A stretch of 63,896 nt of DNA, the filler included, from Bonamia ostreae (lineage: Eukaryota): NCBI GenBank assembly GCA_040357525.1. It is 55 parts of 55 records of this genome, joined end to end, with 100 filler letters (N's around TTAATTAATTAA, not from the genome) between each part and the next. Parts side by side here need not be neighbours in the genome. Positions count along the whole stretch, not along the records: positions 25,728 to 26,791 come from JBDODL010002827.1; positions 26,892 to 27,955 come from JBDODL010002828.1; positions 28,056 to 29,119 come from JBDODL010002829.1; positions 29,220 to 30,282 come from JBDODL010002830.1; positions 30,383 to 31,445 come from JBDODL010002831.1; positions 31,546 to 32,608 come from JBDODL010002832.1; positions 32,709 to 33,771 come from JBDODL010002833.1; positions 33,872 to 34,934 come from JBDODL010002834.1; 47 more parts are not named here. One strand, given 5' to 3'. The translations under genes and the position numbers were made by a program. Every line of letters begins with the position of its first letter. Position 1 is the first letter of the stretch. This document shows positions 25,728 through 38,604 of this stretch, piece by piece. Under the pieces are notes generated by a model. That model did not search any database and had not been told where the DNA came from. It saw nothing but the letters and a program-made list of their open reading frames with translations.

Positions 25728-26592
25728 GAACAACACAACAGGAAACGGCCATCCGGAGACCACTCCAATTGCGACACTTTTTCCGTGCCCTTTATTTCCA
25801 AAGCGGTCGTTTCGTTCTGAGACGTTTCCAATGTTTCGTTCGTGTTGAAGAAGCACACTTTGGCGCCATCGCCCGCAGCTGCAAGGATATCGCCTTGAGG
25901 ACAGAATCGGGCGTCCCAAACATCGAAATCCAATTTTTGTGATATCCATTCGCAGCGAACGGCGATTCTTTTCATCTGAACGGAGTTTGTTATTGTCGAA
26001 ATGTTCTGTATTTCTGTACTTGCGAGGAAGTCCGCTTTTATGTTTCTTCGGATTTCTAAAATCAAATTAAATTTATATGAGCGTTGGTCGAAATTTTATT
26101 TTCGGTTTTTAGATTAAAATTTGTTTGACAAAAATTTTTCTTCGGATTTTTAAATCAAATTCCCATAAAAAATTCCATTTTTGAAAACTTTTAAAAATTT
26201 CATTTTTAAGATTTTCGGCCAAATCCGTCAATCCATTTCTCTCAAAAAAATTTTGCGGCGAATGAATAGTCATAAAAGTCAAATTCGACAGATCTTCGAA
26301 CCCGATATCAAAATCGTCATTTTTTGTTCTAAAAGGAGCGAAGAGAAAAGAAGGTTCTTCCTTTTGCATTCTGAAACCGGCTCGAGCCAAAATAAAACGG
26401 CCATCTTTGTCAGTCGGAAGTTCCAACATGGCGTCGCGTGGCCTTAATTTGCGTTGCAATTCTTCGAAGAAAGTGGGATTGATCGGGTCTGTTGTGTTGA
26501 TGAAAGGTTGTGGTAGCCTAAAAGTATCGTTGTTTTTAAAGAGAGGAAGAATATTTTGTTGGAGGTAATTTATCGCGTCTTTTTTTCTGTTC
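25728..26592 (-). CDS. WD40 protein, WDR26/GID7-like fragment (protist)
   Basis: DAINYLQQNILPL (CTLH-like), then WD repeats DVWDARFCPQGDILAAAG..VSQLEWSPDGRFLLCC; inferred 133-nt intron at 26056-26188. Confidence 0.65.
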
Positions 26593-26619
26593 TTTTTTTT
26601 ATATTTTGATGCGATTTTT

Positions 26620-26791
26620 TGACTTTATTTTGTTGCAATTTTTGACGACTTTATTTTATTGCAATTTTTGACGACTTTATTTTGTTGCAATTTTTGACGA
26701 CTTTATTTTGTTGCAATTTTTGACGACTTTATTTTATTGCAATTTTTGACGACTTTATTTTATTGCAATTTTTGACGACTTTATTTTATTG
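26620..26791. repeat. 26-bp minisatellite x ~6.5, in the inferred upstream intron of the WD40 gene
   Basis: gcaatttttgacgactttatttt(a/g)tt running to the contig end. Confidence 0.9.
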
Positions 26792-27032
26792 NNNNNNNNN
26801 NNNNNNNNNNNNNNNNNNNNNNNNNNNNNNNNNNNTTAATTAATTAANNNNNNNNNNNNNNNNNNNNNNNNNNNNNNNNNNNNNNNNNNNNTAAAATTAT
26901 TATATCGGAATTGTTTATACAGTTGTTTTTGTGTTTGAAGCATTAACATCAATACGAAAATAAAAATTTAATTAAACTAAATTTAATAAGATATGTTTAA
27001 TCAAAGGAATCGAGACTAAAGTTAATCTCTTT

Positions 27033-27635
27033 TTACTTTTTATTATCTTTTTTACTGCTTTTAGACTGTAATTTCGACTTGCAAATGGCGACCACAAATA
27101 TTAAAGTGACTGTTAATCCACCGACACAAGCAAAAATGATAACATTGACAATTATCTTCTTTGAAACTTTCATGTTTCTACAATCGATCGGAGGTTCGAA
27201 CTTTAACACGCCTCCGATTTTTGTACATTTTGTTCTTAATTTGTTACCGCCCGCACATTTGAATTCGCATGCAGTCTCTTCTGTTTTCTCCAAACAGTTT
27301 CTTAAGTGGATCTGGGGATCATTTGGCACATCGCAAACTAATTTAAAACTAATTTAAACCTTTCGCGCAAATAGGGGTAAAATCCCATCTAGTTTCTCCT
27401 TGTAAAGTTAAGCACCAAAGACAAAAAAATAAAAATAAAACTCAAATGTCGACCGAGAATTTATGAAGCCGTCTTTACAGTCATATGTACATTTCCGGTT
27501 TTCATTGGTTTGCAAAGAACAGTTATTTAAATTAACACCTTCTCTCGCGTTTATAATACCGGGGCAGTAATTTGCATTGACTCCTAAATAAAATATTGAC
27601 GCAAAAAGAGATAAAAATTTTAACATCGAAGCCAT
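27033..27635 (-). CDS. Complete small type-I membrane protein: signal peptide, two 6-Cys sushi/CCP-like modules, TM segment, basic tail (protist)
   Basis: Two track ORFs are joined through a middle exon by introns 27422-27441 (20 nt, GT..TG) and 27338-27359 (22 nt). Cys spacing is 14-9-3-14-14 and 12-8-3-9-14. Confidence 0.7.
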
Positions 27636-27783
27636 GTTATTTTTAATTTTTTTGTATTCTTTTATTTTTTATTAACTTGTAAAATATATTCATCCTTTTT
27701 GAGTGATATAATTGTCACATATATTGTCACCAAGCATTGGCTCAAATTTTGATAATAAAAATTACAATTTAAGTTTTATTTTA

Positions 27784-27955
27784 TTTATCTTTCTCAATAT
27801 TATCTTTATTTTTTCTTTTCGCTTTATCTTTCTCAATATTATCTTTATTTTTTCTTTTCGCTTTATCTTTCTCAATATTATCTTTATTTTTTCTTTTCGC
27901 TTTATCTTTCTCAATATTATCTTTATTTTTTCTTTTCGCTTTATCTTTCTCAATA
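27784..27955. repeat. 39-bp perfect minisatellite x ~4.4
   Basis: tttatctttctcaatattatctttattttttcttttcgc; probably in the last intron of an upstream minus-strand gene (short terminal exon PMLGDNICDNYITQKG* at about 27690-27740). Confidence 0.9.
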
Positions 27956-28249
27956 NNNNNNNNNNNNNNNNNNNNNNNNNNNNNNNNNNNNNNNNNNNNT
28001 TAATTAATTAANNNNNNNNNNNNNNNNNNNNNNNNNNNNNNNNNNNNNNNNNNNNATACCGAGAAAGGCTACTGACAAATAACGTAAGGTAATGTTACAG
28101 GGTTTCTTTATTCTCGATCAAAGTCAGGGAATATTATTAAATATTGATGTGGGATTGATTGTGGGGAATCTGAAATCACGCTCCCTGTCGCGAAGTTGAG
28201 TTGTTAGTTGCCATTAACGACTATGTTCAATAAATATGAAACAGTTGTA

Positions 28250-28440
28250 GAAGACTCTGTGGTGTAAGTCATCGTCAAGAAGTGTTTGTCCTGTATGGTA
28301 ATGACTTTGGCTAGTTTGGCATCGTTGTTATTGAAAACCTGCATGTGTGTATTCAAAGTATTTATGTCAGAAGAGGTGGCAGGGCCGAAAAGAGATTTTG
28401 ATATCTGTCTCACGATGATTATTGATTTATTTAAAGAAAG
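28250..28440 (-). pseudogene. Possible decayed LTR-element envelope-like ORF
   Basis: RQISKSLFGPATSSDINTLNTHMQ resembles the LFGTAT fusion-peptide region of invertebrate Gypsy env / baculovirus-F-like proteins. Confidence 0.35.
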
Positions 28441-28943
28441 AGTGTATATATAACGATAATCAGGAATATTACGGAACTCGCTCAAAGATTTTAGAAACAC
28501 AAAATGATATACACCATGCCACCACCTTTCGTCTAAAATTAGAATTATTTAGTTCAACTCTGGTTCGTTTCATACCATATCAGTCTAGCACGCATTTGAA
28601 TGTCACCAATGAAATTCAATTATTGACTGAAAATGGAGGGATTTCAGAAACATTTCTGGTTTTAACAATTACAATTCTGCTCCAGATTATGCATAAATGA
28701 CACATTTAGCAAAATTAAGATAATCAGTATTGCATTTTCATTTCTATTATAGATAGGACCGTGTTTGGTTGTTTCTGGCTTCAGTCCTTCATCCATTGTC
28801 TAGATCTATTGTGGTTGCACTAATGCTAAGTTAGATTACCGTGGAGATCATTGTCCATGATTTCATAGAAATGTCCACTTGCAGTGTATAGCTGTCCATG
28901 TTATGATATGATGAATACTTCTAATTTGTACGTATATTCCTAG

Positions 28944-29099
28944 ATCAATTTGTGCAGTTTGAGAACTCTGAAAACAGAGACATGCATAAAAGTCAATTAG
29001 AGAGCAGTATCGCTGATATAAACGACTTAGAGAAGCAATTATTTCAAGCGCTTACAGCAGAAGTAGAAAAGCCATTACCACCTTCGGATATAGAATCCG
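28944..29099 (+). CDS. Animal internal exon, unknown protein
   Basis: cctag acceptor, open frame QFVQFENSENRDMHK..PPSDIES, gtaagt donor. Confidence 0.5.
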
Positions 29100-29767
29100 G
29101 TAAGTTTAAAACATCAACANNNNNNNNNNNNNNNNNNNNNNNNNNNNNNNNNNNNNNNNNNNNTTAATTAATTAANNNNNNNNNNNNNNNNNNNNNNNNN
29201 NNNNNNNNNNNNNNNNNNNTGAAAATTATAATTTATTACTTACCAAATGATGAAAGAGATATTCAACAGAAGATTAGATGGGAACTCAGCTATTTAAGTG
29301 TTCTTCTTGAGAACAATAAGTCTGGAAATAGTCACGCTGCTACGGAAGCATGTAATACATTTTAGTCTTTTTATACCATAGCCCTTGGGATGGTCTCAAA
29401 ATGAGCGCTTAGAATCTGGCTAAAGAACATTAGTACTGCTATAAAGGAAAGCAAATTTACAATCTCTATAAGACTGAAACAGTTTTCCTACTTTTGATTT
29501 GCCTTTTTTTTTTTACCAGATTCCATCAAATATATCTTCCTGATACAACCATATCTTAATGTACGTCTAATAATCCAAATGTATTTTACAATGATAATGA
29601 CGTACTACGGTCCACCTTAATCTACATTTTGATTATGTCTCCTAATTCACATTTGTATATCACTTTTTAATATTTACAAGTATTTATCTTGTAAAATGTT
29701 ATATTCTTGGACTAACTTATGTGCATGTAAGTACAATAGTTCACTATTTTGTATTATGATACTGTAG

Positions 29768-30107
29768 ATGCCTTGTGCGGAATCCACTACAACACAACAA
29801 ACAACAAAGACAACGTCCGAAAGCACACCCAATCCTGAAAATGACGGTAAGAAAATTGATTACAAGAAGAAAACGCTTATATTGATGTCTATAACCATAT
29901 ACTTATTGTATGTGAATATCATCTTTTGAAGTAATTCTAGTGCAAATAATGACTAATAACAATCTGAAACCTGGAAATGTTTAGCGATTTTTACATTACA
30001 ACAGATATATCCCCAGTGCTGATCATCATACCGTGTGTTATTGTCTTTTTCCTGGCTATTGCCATCGTCCTGCTCTACTTGAAACTGCGGTCAAAAACAA
30101 AACCAAG
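29768..30107 (+). CDS. Two animal exons (29768-29846, 30005-30107): S/T-rich stalk and transmembrane segment
   Basis: STTTQQTTKTTSES|DISPVLIIIPCVIVFFLAIAIVLLYLKLRSK with canonical splice sites. Confidence 0.6.
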
Positions 30108-31879
30108 GTAAATTTATCATCTACTTTTGTAGTTTATTTTTTTTCTTTCAAATGTCTTAAAAAATATACAATGCTATTCAGTGAACTTTGCGTTATGAAT
30201 AGCAATTGCTCTGTTGCCATTTTCCATGATGCACGTTAGCACATCATTGGAAATATGCCAACGCCATGTTCACTGAATAATCNNNNNNNNNNNNNNNNNN
30301 NNNNNNNNNNNNNNNNNNNNNNNNNNTTAATTAATTAANNNNNNNNNNNNNNNNNNNNNNNNNNNNNNNNNNNNNNNNNNNNATATGATCCACTTATTCA
30401 TTTAACGCGAGTAAGACAACTCCAGTTGACATAAACATTGCATCATGACGTCACATTTGGCTTCGATGTAACGCCAGTAAAATCCAATGTTCCGTTCTCA
30501 TACGTGGTTTTCTTACCTTCGGTGCGACCAAGTTTCGCTCGGTATAAAGTACTTGTAATAAATCGCTTCGGGGCGAGCAAATTGAAATATAAAAAGATAA
30601 AATGTACCTAGATTTCCTTGAAAAAAGCTTGGGAAATTTATAAACATTCCTAGCATCGTTGATACTTGACCAAAAAGCAGAGCCGTCAAATTCTGGGATT
30701 TTTTTGCACAATGATCGATTATACAACAGGAGAGTTCGTACTTTTCCCAAGCAATATTTACATATATTTGTATTTCCTCTCCTGGATTCACACAAAATGT
30801 TACTAAACGGTCCTCATCTTTCACTTGCACCACGATAAACTTTTAGACATAGGGACGATCATCCTATCAACATTATATCAGCACATAATACATGTGAAGA
30901 ATGTACACATGTATATAATATCAAAGAAAAATTAAAAAAAAATCACTTGACAAAATTTAACATATACAGCGTAACACAGTAGTAAATTTGTTTGAGAGAA
31001 AAATCGCTAATTCAAATTCCACATCACGTTGCACTTTTTAGATCATCTCCGTTAACATACTTCCGGAATTAAGTAAACGGCTGATCAGCTGTTTGAAATC
31101 GCTTTGCAAGATATAAAGAATCTTCACTCGTCTCATATTGTCATAACGTAAAATTTATCGATTAGGATGATCACTATCATAAAAATGAACTAGTATCATG
31201 GTTATTCTAATTATTAATAAAAATTTCCGTTTCATTGGAAGATCTTTACTGATTTAAAATAGACTTCTCTTAAAAAACAACATCATTTTTTTCGACAAAT
31301 TTACAAAATGCATCCATTGTGAAAATTTCGTCAAAATTTGACGATGCGTACTTACAAAAATGGAATAAATGCCAAAAAAAAAAAAAAAATAGGAATCTTC
31401 TTTCATTAACTGTTATATTTCTGTTTTAAGATCTTCCGTTTACATNNNNNNNNNNNNNNNNNNNNNNNNNNNNNNNNNNNNNNNNNNNNTTAATTAATTA
31501 ANNNNNNNNNNNNNNNNNNNNNNNNNNNNNNNNNNNNNNNNNNNNAAGATTTACAAAAACCTTCAATTTTCAAAATTCAATGGTAAGATATCGGGTACAT
31601 GTATATACATGTACATCTGTACAAATAATCAAATGAAAAACTTCTTCTGCTTCGATTAATATTGTGCTTTTTTGTGATTCAAATTTTTGTAACGATGTAC
31701 TAGAAATTGTTTATTGACACAACTGACCCAGAATTAAGCCTCGCGGGTTTCATAGTGTTCCATCTTCAAAAATGTTTTGGGAACTTTAATAAGTAACCTG
31801 TTTCTAAAATTGTAGAAAGAAACCCTAGAATTTCTTTTGGTAAAAGGAAATAGCNNNNNNNNNNTTTAACCACCAATTT

Positions 31880-32130
31880 AACAGTGTCCTGAACAGGTTT
31901 GTTCTAATGCGTTAATTCAGTGAATAAACAATCGACATTTTGCATAACAGTGTCCTGAACAGTGATAAGTCAGCTTAACAGTGAACAAACAATAGTCATT
32001 TCTATAACAGTCTCCTGAACAAACTTATTCTAGTATGTTAATTCAGTGAACAAACAATACACATTTTCTATATCAGTGTCCTGAACATTGTTAATTCAGC
32101 TTAGCAGTGAACAAACAATAGACATTTTTC
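31880..32130. repeat. Degenerate host minisatellite
   Basis: Recurring aacagtgtcctgaaca..gttaattcagtgaacaaacaat blocks. Confidence 0.65.
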
Positions 32131-33481
32131 CACGAAATTTCATTACTGCACGGTAGTGTTGATGTAATTTATTGTAAATAAATTGTTAAATCTTTTCATA
32201 GTCTATAATTCGATTTCGTTGGCATTTTGGGTCCCGAACGAGTCCCCAATTTTGTTATGGGTCCGGATTACCCTCGTACCAGCAAAGATCAATAACACAT
32301 TCAAAGACTATAAATGATATGCAAAAATGCCTTTATCTACATGTATTTTAGCATGTCAAATCAAATCTTTTAGTTATAGTAACAGCTGTAGATCGATCAA
32401 ATATTGGGACATAATTGTCATAATTAAACAAAACTGCCCAGTGCAAAATAGTTGATACACAAGCTATTATTTGATCAAGTTATCCCTTTAGAAGATCCCT
32501 TAAACCAAATACTCTGTGTGCAATGTGACCGGATGCTTTCACAGTGATCATTTAAGATTTGAAAATAACTGCATTAATTACTATGTAGGACAAGTTCTAT
32601 GGCTGAAANNNNNNNNNNNNNNNNNNNNNNNNNNNNNNNNNNNNNNNNNNNNTTAATTAATTAANNNNNNNNNNNNNNNNNNNNNNNNNNNNNNNNNNNN
32701 NNNNNNNNTTAAGATAAATAGAAACGCATACTATCCGAAAAACACATCTGTCTTAGGGTTTTTCCGTGATGTAAATCATTTGAAGATACACGAGATATAT
32801 ATTCATTTCATGGAAATACATAGGGAAGTCGTGGAGCTTTGATTACATTATGTAATTTCGTTGAAGTTTCAAAATACATTCAGTTCATAAGGTACGAGTG
32901 ACTATTAATGAATGGGAAAATTAATAATAAAAAGTGTTATAGGAATTCTGAACGTGAACAAACTGATTCACAAATGTGTTTAATATCCACTATTCACATT
33001 ACTATGAAATATAACATTGATATAAAATGCCTTTAGTTGATAAAAGATGAATACTGTAATGACATTTTTATTATCCTTAGTTGAAAATCATAAATTATTC
33101 AAACTTTACCGACGTATTATAATGTATATTATAAAGAATGCGTAATTAGGATTAATCATTACCGTTTTCATTAAAAAAAATCTAGCACGTCAAATGTTGC
33201 ATATGTAAAATTGAAAATGCATCTTTATTACTTTCCAAAAGATGAACTAAAACTGTAGAGATGCGCCGCGCATGAAAAATCACAGTTTATCCGATCCACG
33301 ACACTGTATATGTAAGAAATAAATTTCATTTTTGAAATAAAGCATTAGCTCTTCATTAAAGATGCAGGCGTGAAGCGTTGAAGTCCATACCTTCAGGTAT
33401 TTTCAAAGCTGACATTTATCTTTTATTTTTGCATTCTACTCCCATTTCTGTGAGATTTCCCAGCCATTAAAATAGACATAC

Positions 33482-33771
33482 TGTCGACTGGTGGTTGAGT
33501 CGATACCGCTGGGTCTGGCGTCTGATGTTGCGTAGATACCACGGGGTCTGGTGTCTGGTGTTGCGTAGATACCACGGGGTCTAACGTCTGGTGTTGGGTA
33601 GATACCACGGGGTCTGGCGTCTGGTGTTGCGTAGATACCACGGGGTTCTGTCGCCTTGTATTTGCGTAGATACCACGGGGTTTGGCGTCTGGTGTTGCGT
33701 AGATAAAAGTGGATTACTGTGTTCACTAGTCGAAGCTCGTCTGAGGAGTGGCGTCGAAATCTGACTAGGAC
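33482..33771 (-). CDS. Animal exon with a 33-bp coding tandem repeat (mucin-like PDPVVSTQHQT x ~6)
   Basis: 33-bp repeat at about 33505-33705; open S/T/P-rich frame ending at a gtatgt donor. Confidence 0.55.
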
Positions 33772-36700
33772 NNNNNNNNNNNNNNNNNNNNNNNNNNNNN
33801 NNNNNNNNNNNNNNNTTAATTAATTAANNNNNNNNNNNNNNNNNNNNNNNNNNNNNNNNNNNNNNNNNNNNACTAAATGTTATATGACTCGTGCAATCAA
33901 GCTCAACAGGTTTTAAGAGTTTGAATATGAAAACCGCATGTTTGTTACATGTAATTATGATGCAAATGCATTTAAATTTAGTAAATGAAGGTACGTACTT
34001 ATACGTTCGTATACATGTACATTGTAGTACTTTTTGATAACATTTGCTATGATGTTGTTGCTTAGCAATCAACATATATTCTATCCAAATATATGAAACT
34101 ATATTATTGACAATAAAAGATTTTTTTTCTTGTTGCAATATCTATTGTTTAATGACACATACTGGCAGAACATCATATTGTTTAAAAATGATGGAAATGT
34201 CGATAAAGTACAAATATTGCACTTAATGACCTTTGACCTTCATACTCTTCATTTTGTTCATCATAAGTTTTGTTAAAACCGCTATAAAATGATATAGATA
34301 TGTATAAATATTATACTTTTGAATCAATTTTACAGATACTAATCACCAATGTATATTGTTTTAATAGTAATATTTTGTAGAATTTAAAAAGAAACATCAG
34401 CCATATCCGTATAAATAAATTTCAAAAATATTAATTTTGACTGATTGTTTGCAATTTCAAATATTTTTCTTGGTACTCTCTGTCCTTTGATAGTTTTCCT
34501 TAATAACTGCTAGCTTCCATGATATTATAGACCTATGGTTAGTGTTTGCTAGCTTCATTTTAATGGAAAATGAAAGGCAAAAACCAACAGACAAAATTTA
34601 CCGCTGTTTTGATTATAGCGTATTCCCTATTAATTTACAGAGGTGTAAACTGGTGTCCCATCAGGTGGAGCTGGAAATACTTTATACATTCCTAATAATA
34701 ACAACGAATCTATGTAGTTAAACTCCAGACAATGTTCAGTTGTTGGTTTTAAAGTTACTAATTCTACATCTTATAGGTCAAGTTTGCAGCCTTATGTATG
34801 AAGATATATCAGGAGATATTTCGACAAAAGCATATAAATACATTTTTATTCTTAGATCTATATGAATCCCATGAAGATATGGATTAGAATAGGTTCTTAG
34901 TACCTCTTGAATGTCTTAAGAGGGAAATCGATGGNNNNNNNNNNNNNNNNNNNNNNNNNNNNNNNNNNNNNNNNNNNNTTAATTAATTAANNNNNNNNNN
35001 NNNNNNNNNNNNNNNNNNNNNNNNNNNNNNNNNNAACGCTCTAACAACATTGTCTAACAATTTGCGGAGAACGGTACGCGCATAATTTTGACGCAGGTGA
35101 TAACTTTTTTTGATAACACCCGGTATCAAGTACTGCTATCTGTTGCTAGATTCTGACACCCCGGAGTGTGTGCTTTCTGTTCCCAGAGAGAAACAATATA
35201 TTTTCAAATGCTTCTCGATTCAAGAATTGTAATAATAAATGAGAATGATTTGAGTTATTGAAATCAAAATTGTTTCTCTGTTCTAAGATTTTTTTTTTTA
35301 CAAGGAGTGACTTTGGTATTTCAATTCTTTCCTCATGTGTATATCATCCAATGAGTAAGTTTGAACAAACTTCATTTTCAATTACTATGTTAATTTATTG
35401 ATATAATTTATAATTTACATTCAATATTTCTATCAATAGGATATTTTGGCAAGAGCAGACTTTATTAAGTTGTTAATTCAATTCCGATGAATGTGCTTCT
35501 TGTTTCGCATGTTCGATGCGTGACAGTTCAAAGAAGTCTAATTTTGTAACCAATTATTTGTCATTTGGTGTACATTGTATATAAATTTTTAATTGAATAA
35601 ATATTTTGTATTTCATTCTGTTGTATCCATTCAACATTTAGTAATAGAAACATCGCATATTGCGCCAGAGCACGAATATTCTAAAGGTGAAATACTTGAG
35701 CCAGAAGTGGAAGTGTTTTCCTACATGACTGATAACTGAAAGTACAACTTGATTTCAACACCATAGAAACGTATTAGAGTTCTCCTAACAAATATACACC
35801 AAGAGTAAATCAAGATAGTGGTGATGTCCTAACGCATTCAAACATACATAAATACAAATGCACACATTGCAGTTTAAATTATCTACAAGAGATATACATA
35901 TCAGTGTTTGGTTGGCGGTGGGTAGTTTGAATCGCCAACAAATTGGCAAGTAACACTAGACAATCCAATGATATATGGGGGTACATACAAGTCCTTTCAT
36001 CTTTGCTATGAACTATTTATTACTCCTCCTGTGGTACAGACAGAAGATAGCTCTACAGCGGAACAGACACCAGGCACCACTACAGGGGAGCAGACATNNN
36101 NNNNNNNNNNNNNNNNNNNNNNNNNNNNNNNNNNNNNNNNNTTAATTAATTAANNNNNNNNNNNNNNNNNNNNNNNNNNNNNNNNNNNNNNNNNNNNTTA
36201 AAATAAGTGCCCCCAGGTCGTCGTGTTTAACTAAAATTATATCACCAGCAATAACATGTCTAGATAGACTGTAGTTGTAATAAGAAGTGAAAAATCCACA
36301 AAAACCAAAAACAAATTCGCAAAATTCTAAATTTAGGATGATTTTGTAAAAGGCGGTGAATATATAGTCACTTGAAAGTTTATCTTAATCAAAAGTTTTG
36401 ATTTAATAGTAAAAGTTCTTTTGTAGGAAATACATAGTGTAGACTTGAATTTGAAATATGATCAAATAGATGACTGTACTGTTTTGGACCAAGACTACCG
36501 TTGTTAGTCGGATGATTATCATCCGCGACCCGCGATGGTTAAAACAACCTATGATAATTACATTATTCAATCTATATTCTATAATTAAAAATTAAAATAA
36601 GAACTTTCGTTGGTTGGTGTCAGTAGTCTATTTAAAACTTTCTAAGGAACGGGGTATAGCTTAGTGCTAATATGACGTATATCTATTTGTTCAAGTTAGG

Positions 36701-37359
36701 CAAAGGTGAACCAAATAAGACATAGTGAATTAATTTTACGTTTTGGTGTATTATTAAACAAATTCCAACGAATTTCTTGGAAGGATTTAATGATTTATCA
36801 CATTTTCTACATCACTGCATCCATTTGGAAAAGCAGTGGATATCATCATAGTGCCTATATATATACTTTCGATTATCATTCCGTTTTACATACGTTGGTA
36901 TGTAATCAACTATATAATTTGAATAGTGCACTTACGATATAAAACAGATGTATATATACGTACATTATTCAATTTTCTGATTTCTATTAACCTGCAAATT
37001 TCTGGCCAATAAAGTATTGACATTCAATACAGGGAAACTATTCTACTTTGATATCTCCTCTAAAGACTTGATTTACACGGGCGAAGTATTGCCAACGTAT
37101 TTGCTGTTTGAATACAAATGGATTGTAGGATTTTAACTGTACATGTGGAATTATTAGACTAAAGAGAATACATGTACATTCAGATAAAAGCATAACGTCG
37201 TCTGTTATCTGAAATTGAAAATAGGTGTTCGGAGGGATGCGTATATTCATGTAAACAGCNNNNNNNNNNNNNNNNNNNNNNNNNNNNNNNNNNNNNNNNN
37301 NNNTTAATTAATTAANNNNNNNNNNNNNNNNNNNNNNNNNNNNNNNNNNNNNNNNNNNN

Positions 37360-37934
37360 ACTTCTTTTCAAACAACGTCTACTTTGCCTTTTTGCTTTCC
37401 AAATTTGGTAATTACTCCCCTTTTTCCAATAATAGTAAAATCTCACAATCTCAGCAACACTTTTCGTTTTGATCTAAAATTTAATTCCAAACCATTTTTT
37501 GTATTGTCGAAAAATTTTTTCTATTCAGAAAAATTCCTATTTCGAACAAAGCGATTTCTTTGACGCTCCAATCGTCTATTTTGCAAATTTACTTTTTTAA
37601 CAACCAACTGGTCCTTTTTTGCGCAAAGGAGATGTCAGAAATTCCAACTCGCTGTAAAAATTTGAATCGTGTGAGTGCGCGTTTACGTGATCGGTTTCGT
37701 TTGTGCCGAAGAACAAATGCGAAACTGAATTAAACAATCGATTTGCTATTTTTTAAATTATCCAAATAACGAAAATATAAAAATTTACATTTTATTCGGT
37801 CAGGAAGATCGCAAAGATATTGCGGTCCCTGCGTTCTTCGATAAAATTCTCTTGTTCGTCTCGGCTTAAAATTGCCATTTTTTTCAATTTTCTTTATTTT
37901 TATTTATTTTAAAAACTGTCGATAAATCGTCCAT
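37360..37934 (-). CDS. Small ELM2-SANT (MIER/RERE-like) chromatin protein (protist); missed by the ORF track
   Basis: GPQYLCDLP (ELM2-like) and DDWSVKEIALFEIGIFLNRKNFSTIQKM|IKTKSVAEIVRFYYYWKK (SANT). Introns 37892-37916 (25), 37746-37788 (43), 37576-37604 (29), 37474-37492 (19). Confidence 0.85.
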
Positions 37935-38604
37935 TTTTAAAATTTTTGTATATGACAAGTTTCTATCCGATTTATTAACGGAATTATATAATATGAAATT
38001 TAGTTTCGAAAATGGTTCTTTTTTTGTTATTTTGATTTTTATACAATTTTTAGACATTTAATTCTGATTTTTGTCTGTTTGAAATTGTTTAAATGGGCGA
38101 AGAGTTGAAATCAGACGAAGCTTTGATAAATTTTAGAAAGAAAAGATAATTAGTGTTAACAAAACATTTTAAATTTTAGAAAAACAAATTTTTGTGCAAA
38201 TTTCTTTTATCCAAATTGCTAAATTTAGATAATATTTTTATTGTACTTGGCAAAATGCCGAAAAATTAAAGAAATTTATTCAGAAAACACTTAAACACCG
38301 TTATTAATAAATCCATTTCCCCTTTTGAATTATTTTGAAAATAATATTTTTAGAAAAAGCAAAAAATATTATAACAAACAAAAACAACAAAAAAAATAAT
38401 AAAAAGCAAAAAATTATAACANNNNNNNNNNNNNNNNNNNNNNNNNNNNNNNNNNNNNNNNNNNNTTAATTAATTAANNNNNNNNNNNNNNNNNNNNNNN
38501 NNNNNNNNNNNNNNNNNNNNNTAAAACGCTTTCAACTATTCATGAATAATGTTTTATTTAAAGTGTTGATAAAACCGCTTTGTTTCGCTTCTTGGTGTAC
38601 AAAT

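Noticed and set aside
27712-28011. ORFs FIFLNIIFIFSFR.. and RKIKRKEK..
   Set aside because: Translations of a 39-bp minisatellite plus linker.
38093-38300. Possible plus-strand gene with a 17-nt GC-AG intron divergent from the SANT gene
   Set aside because: No homology to anchor the frame, so the splice model is not determinable.
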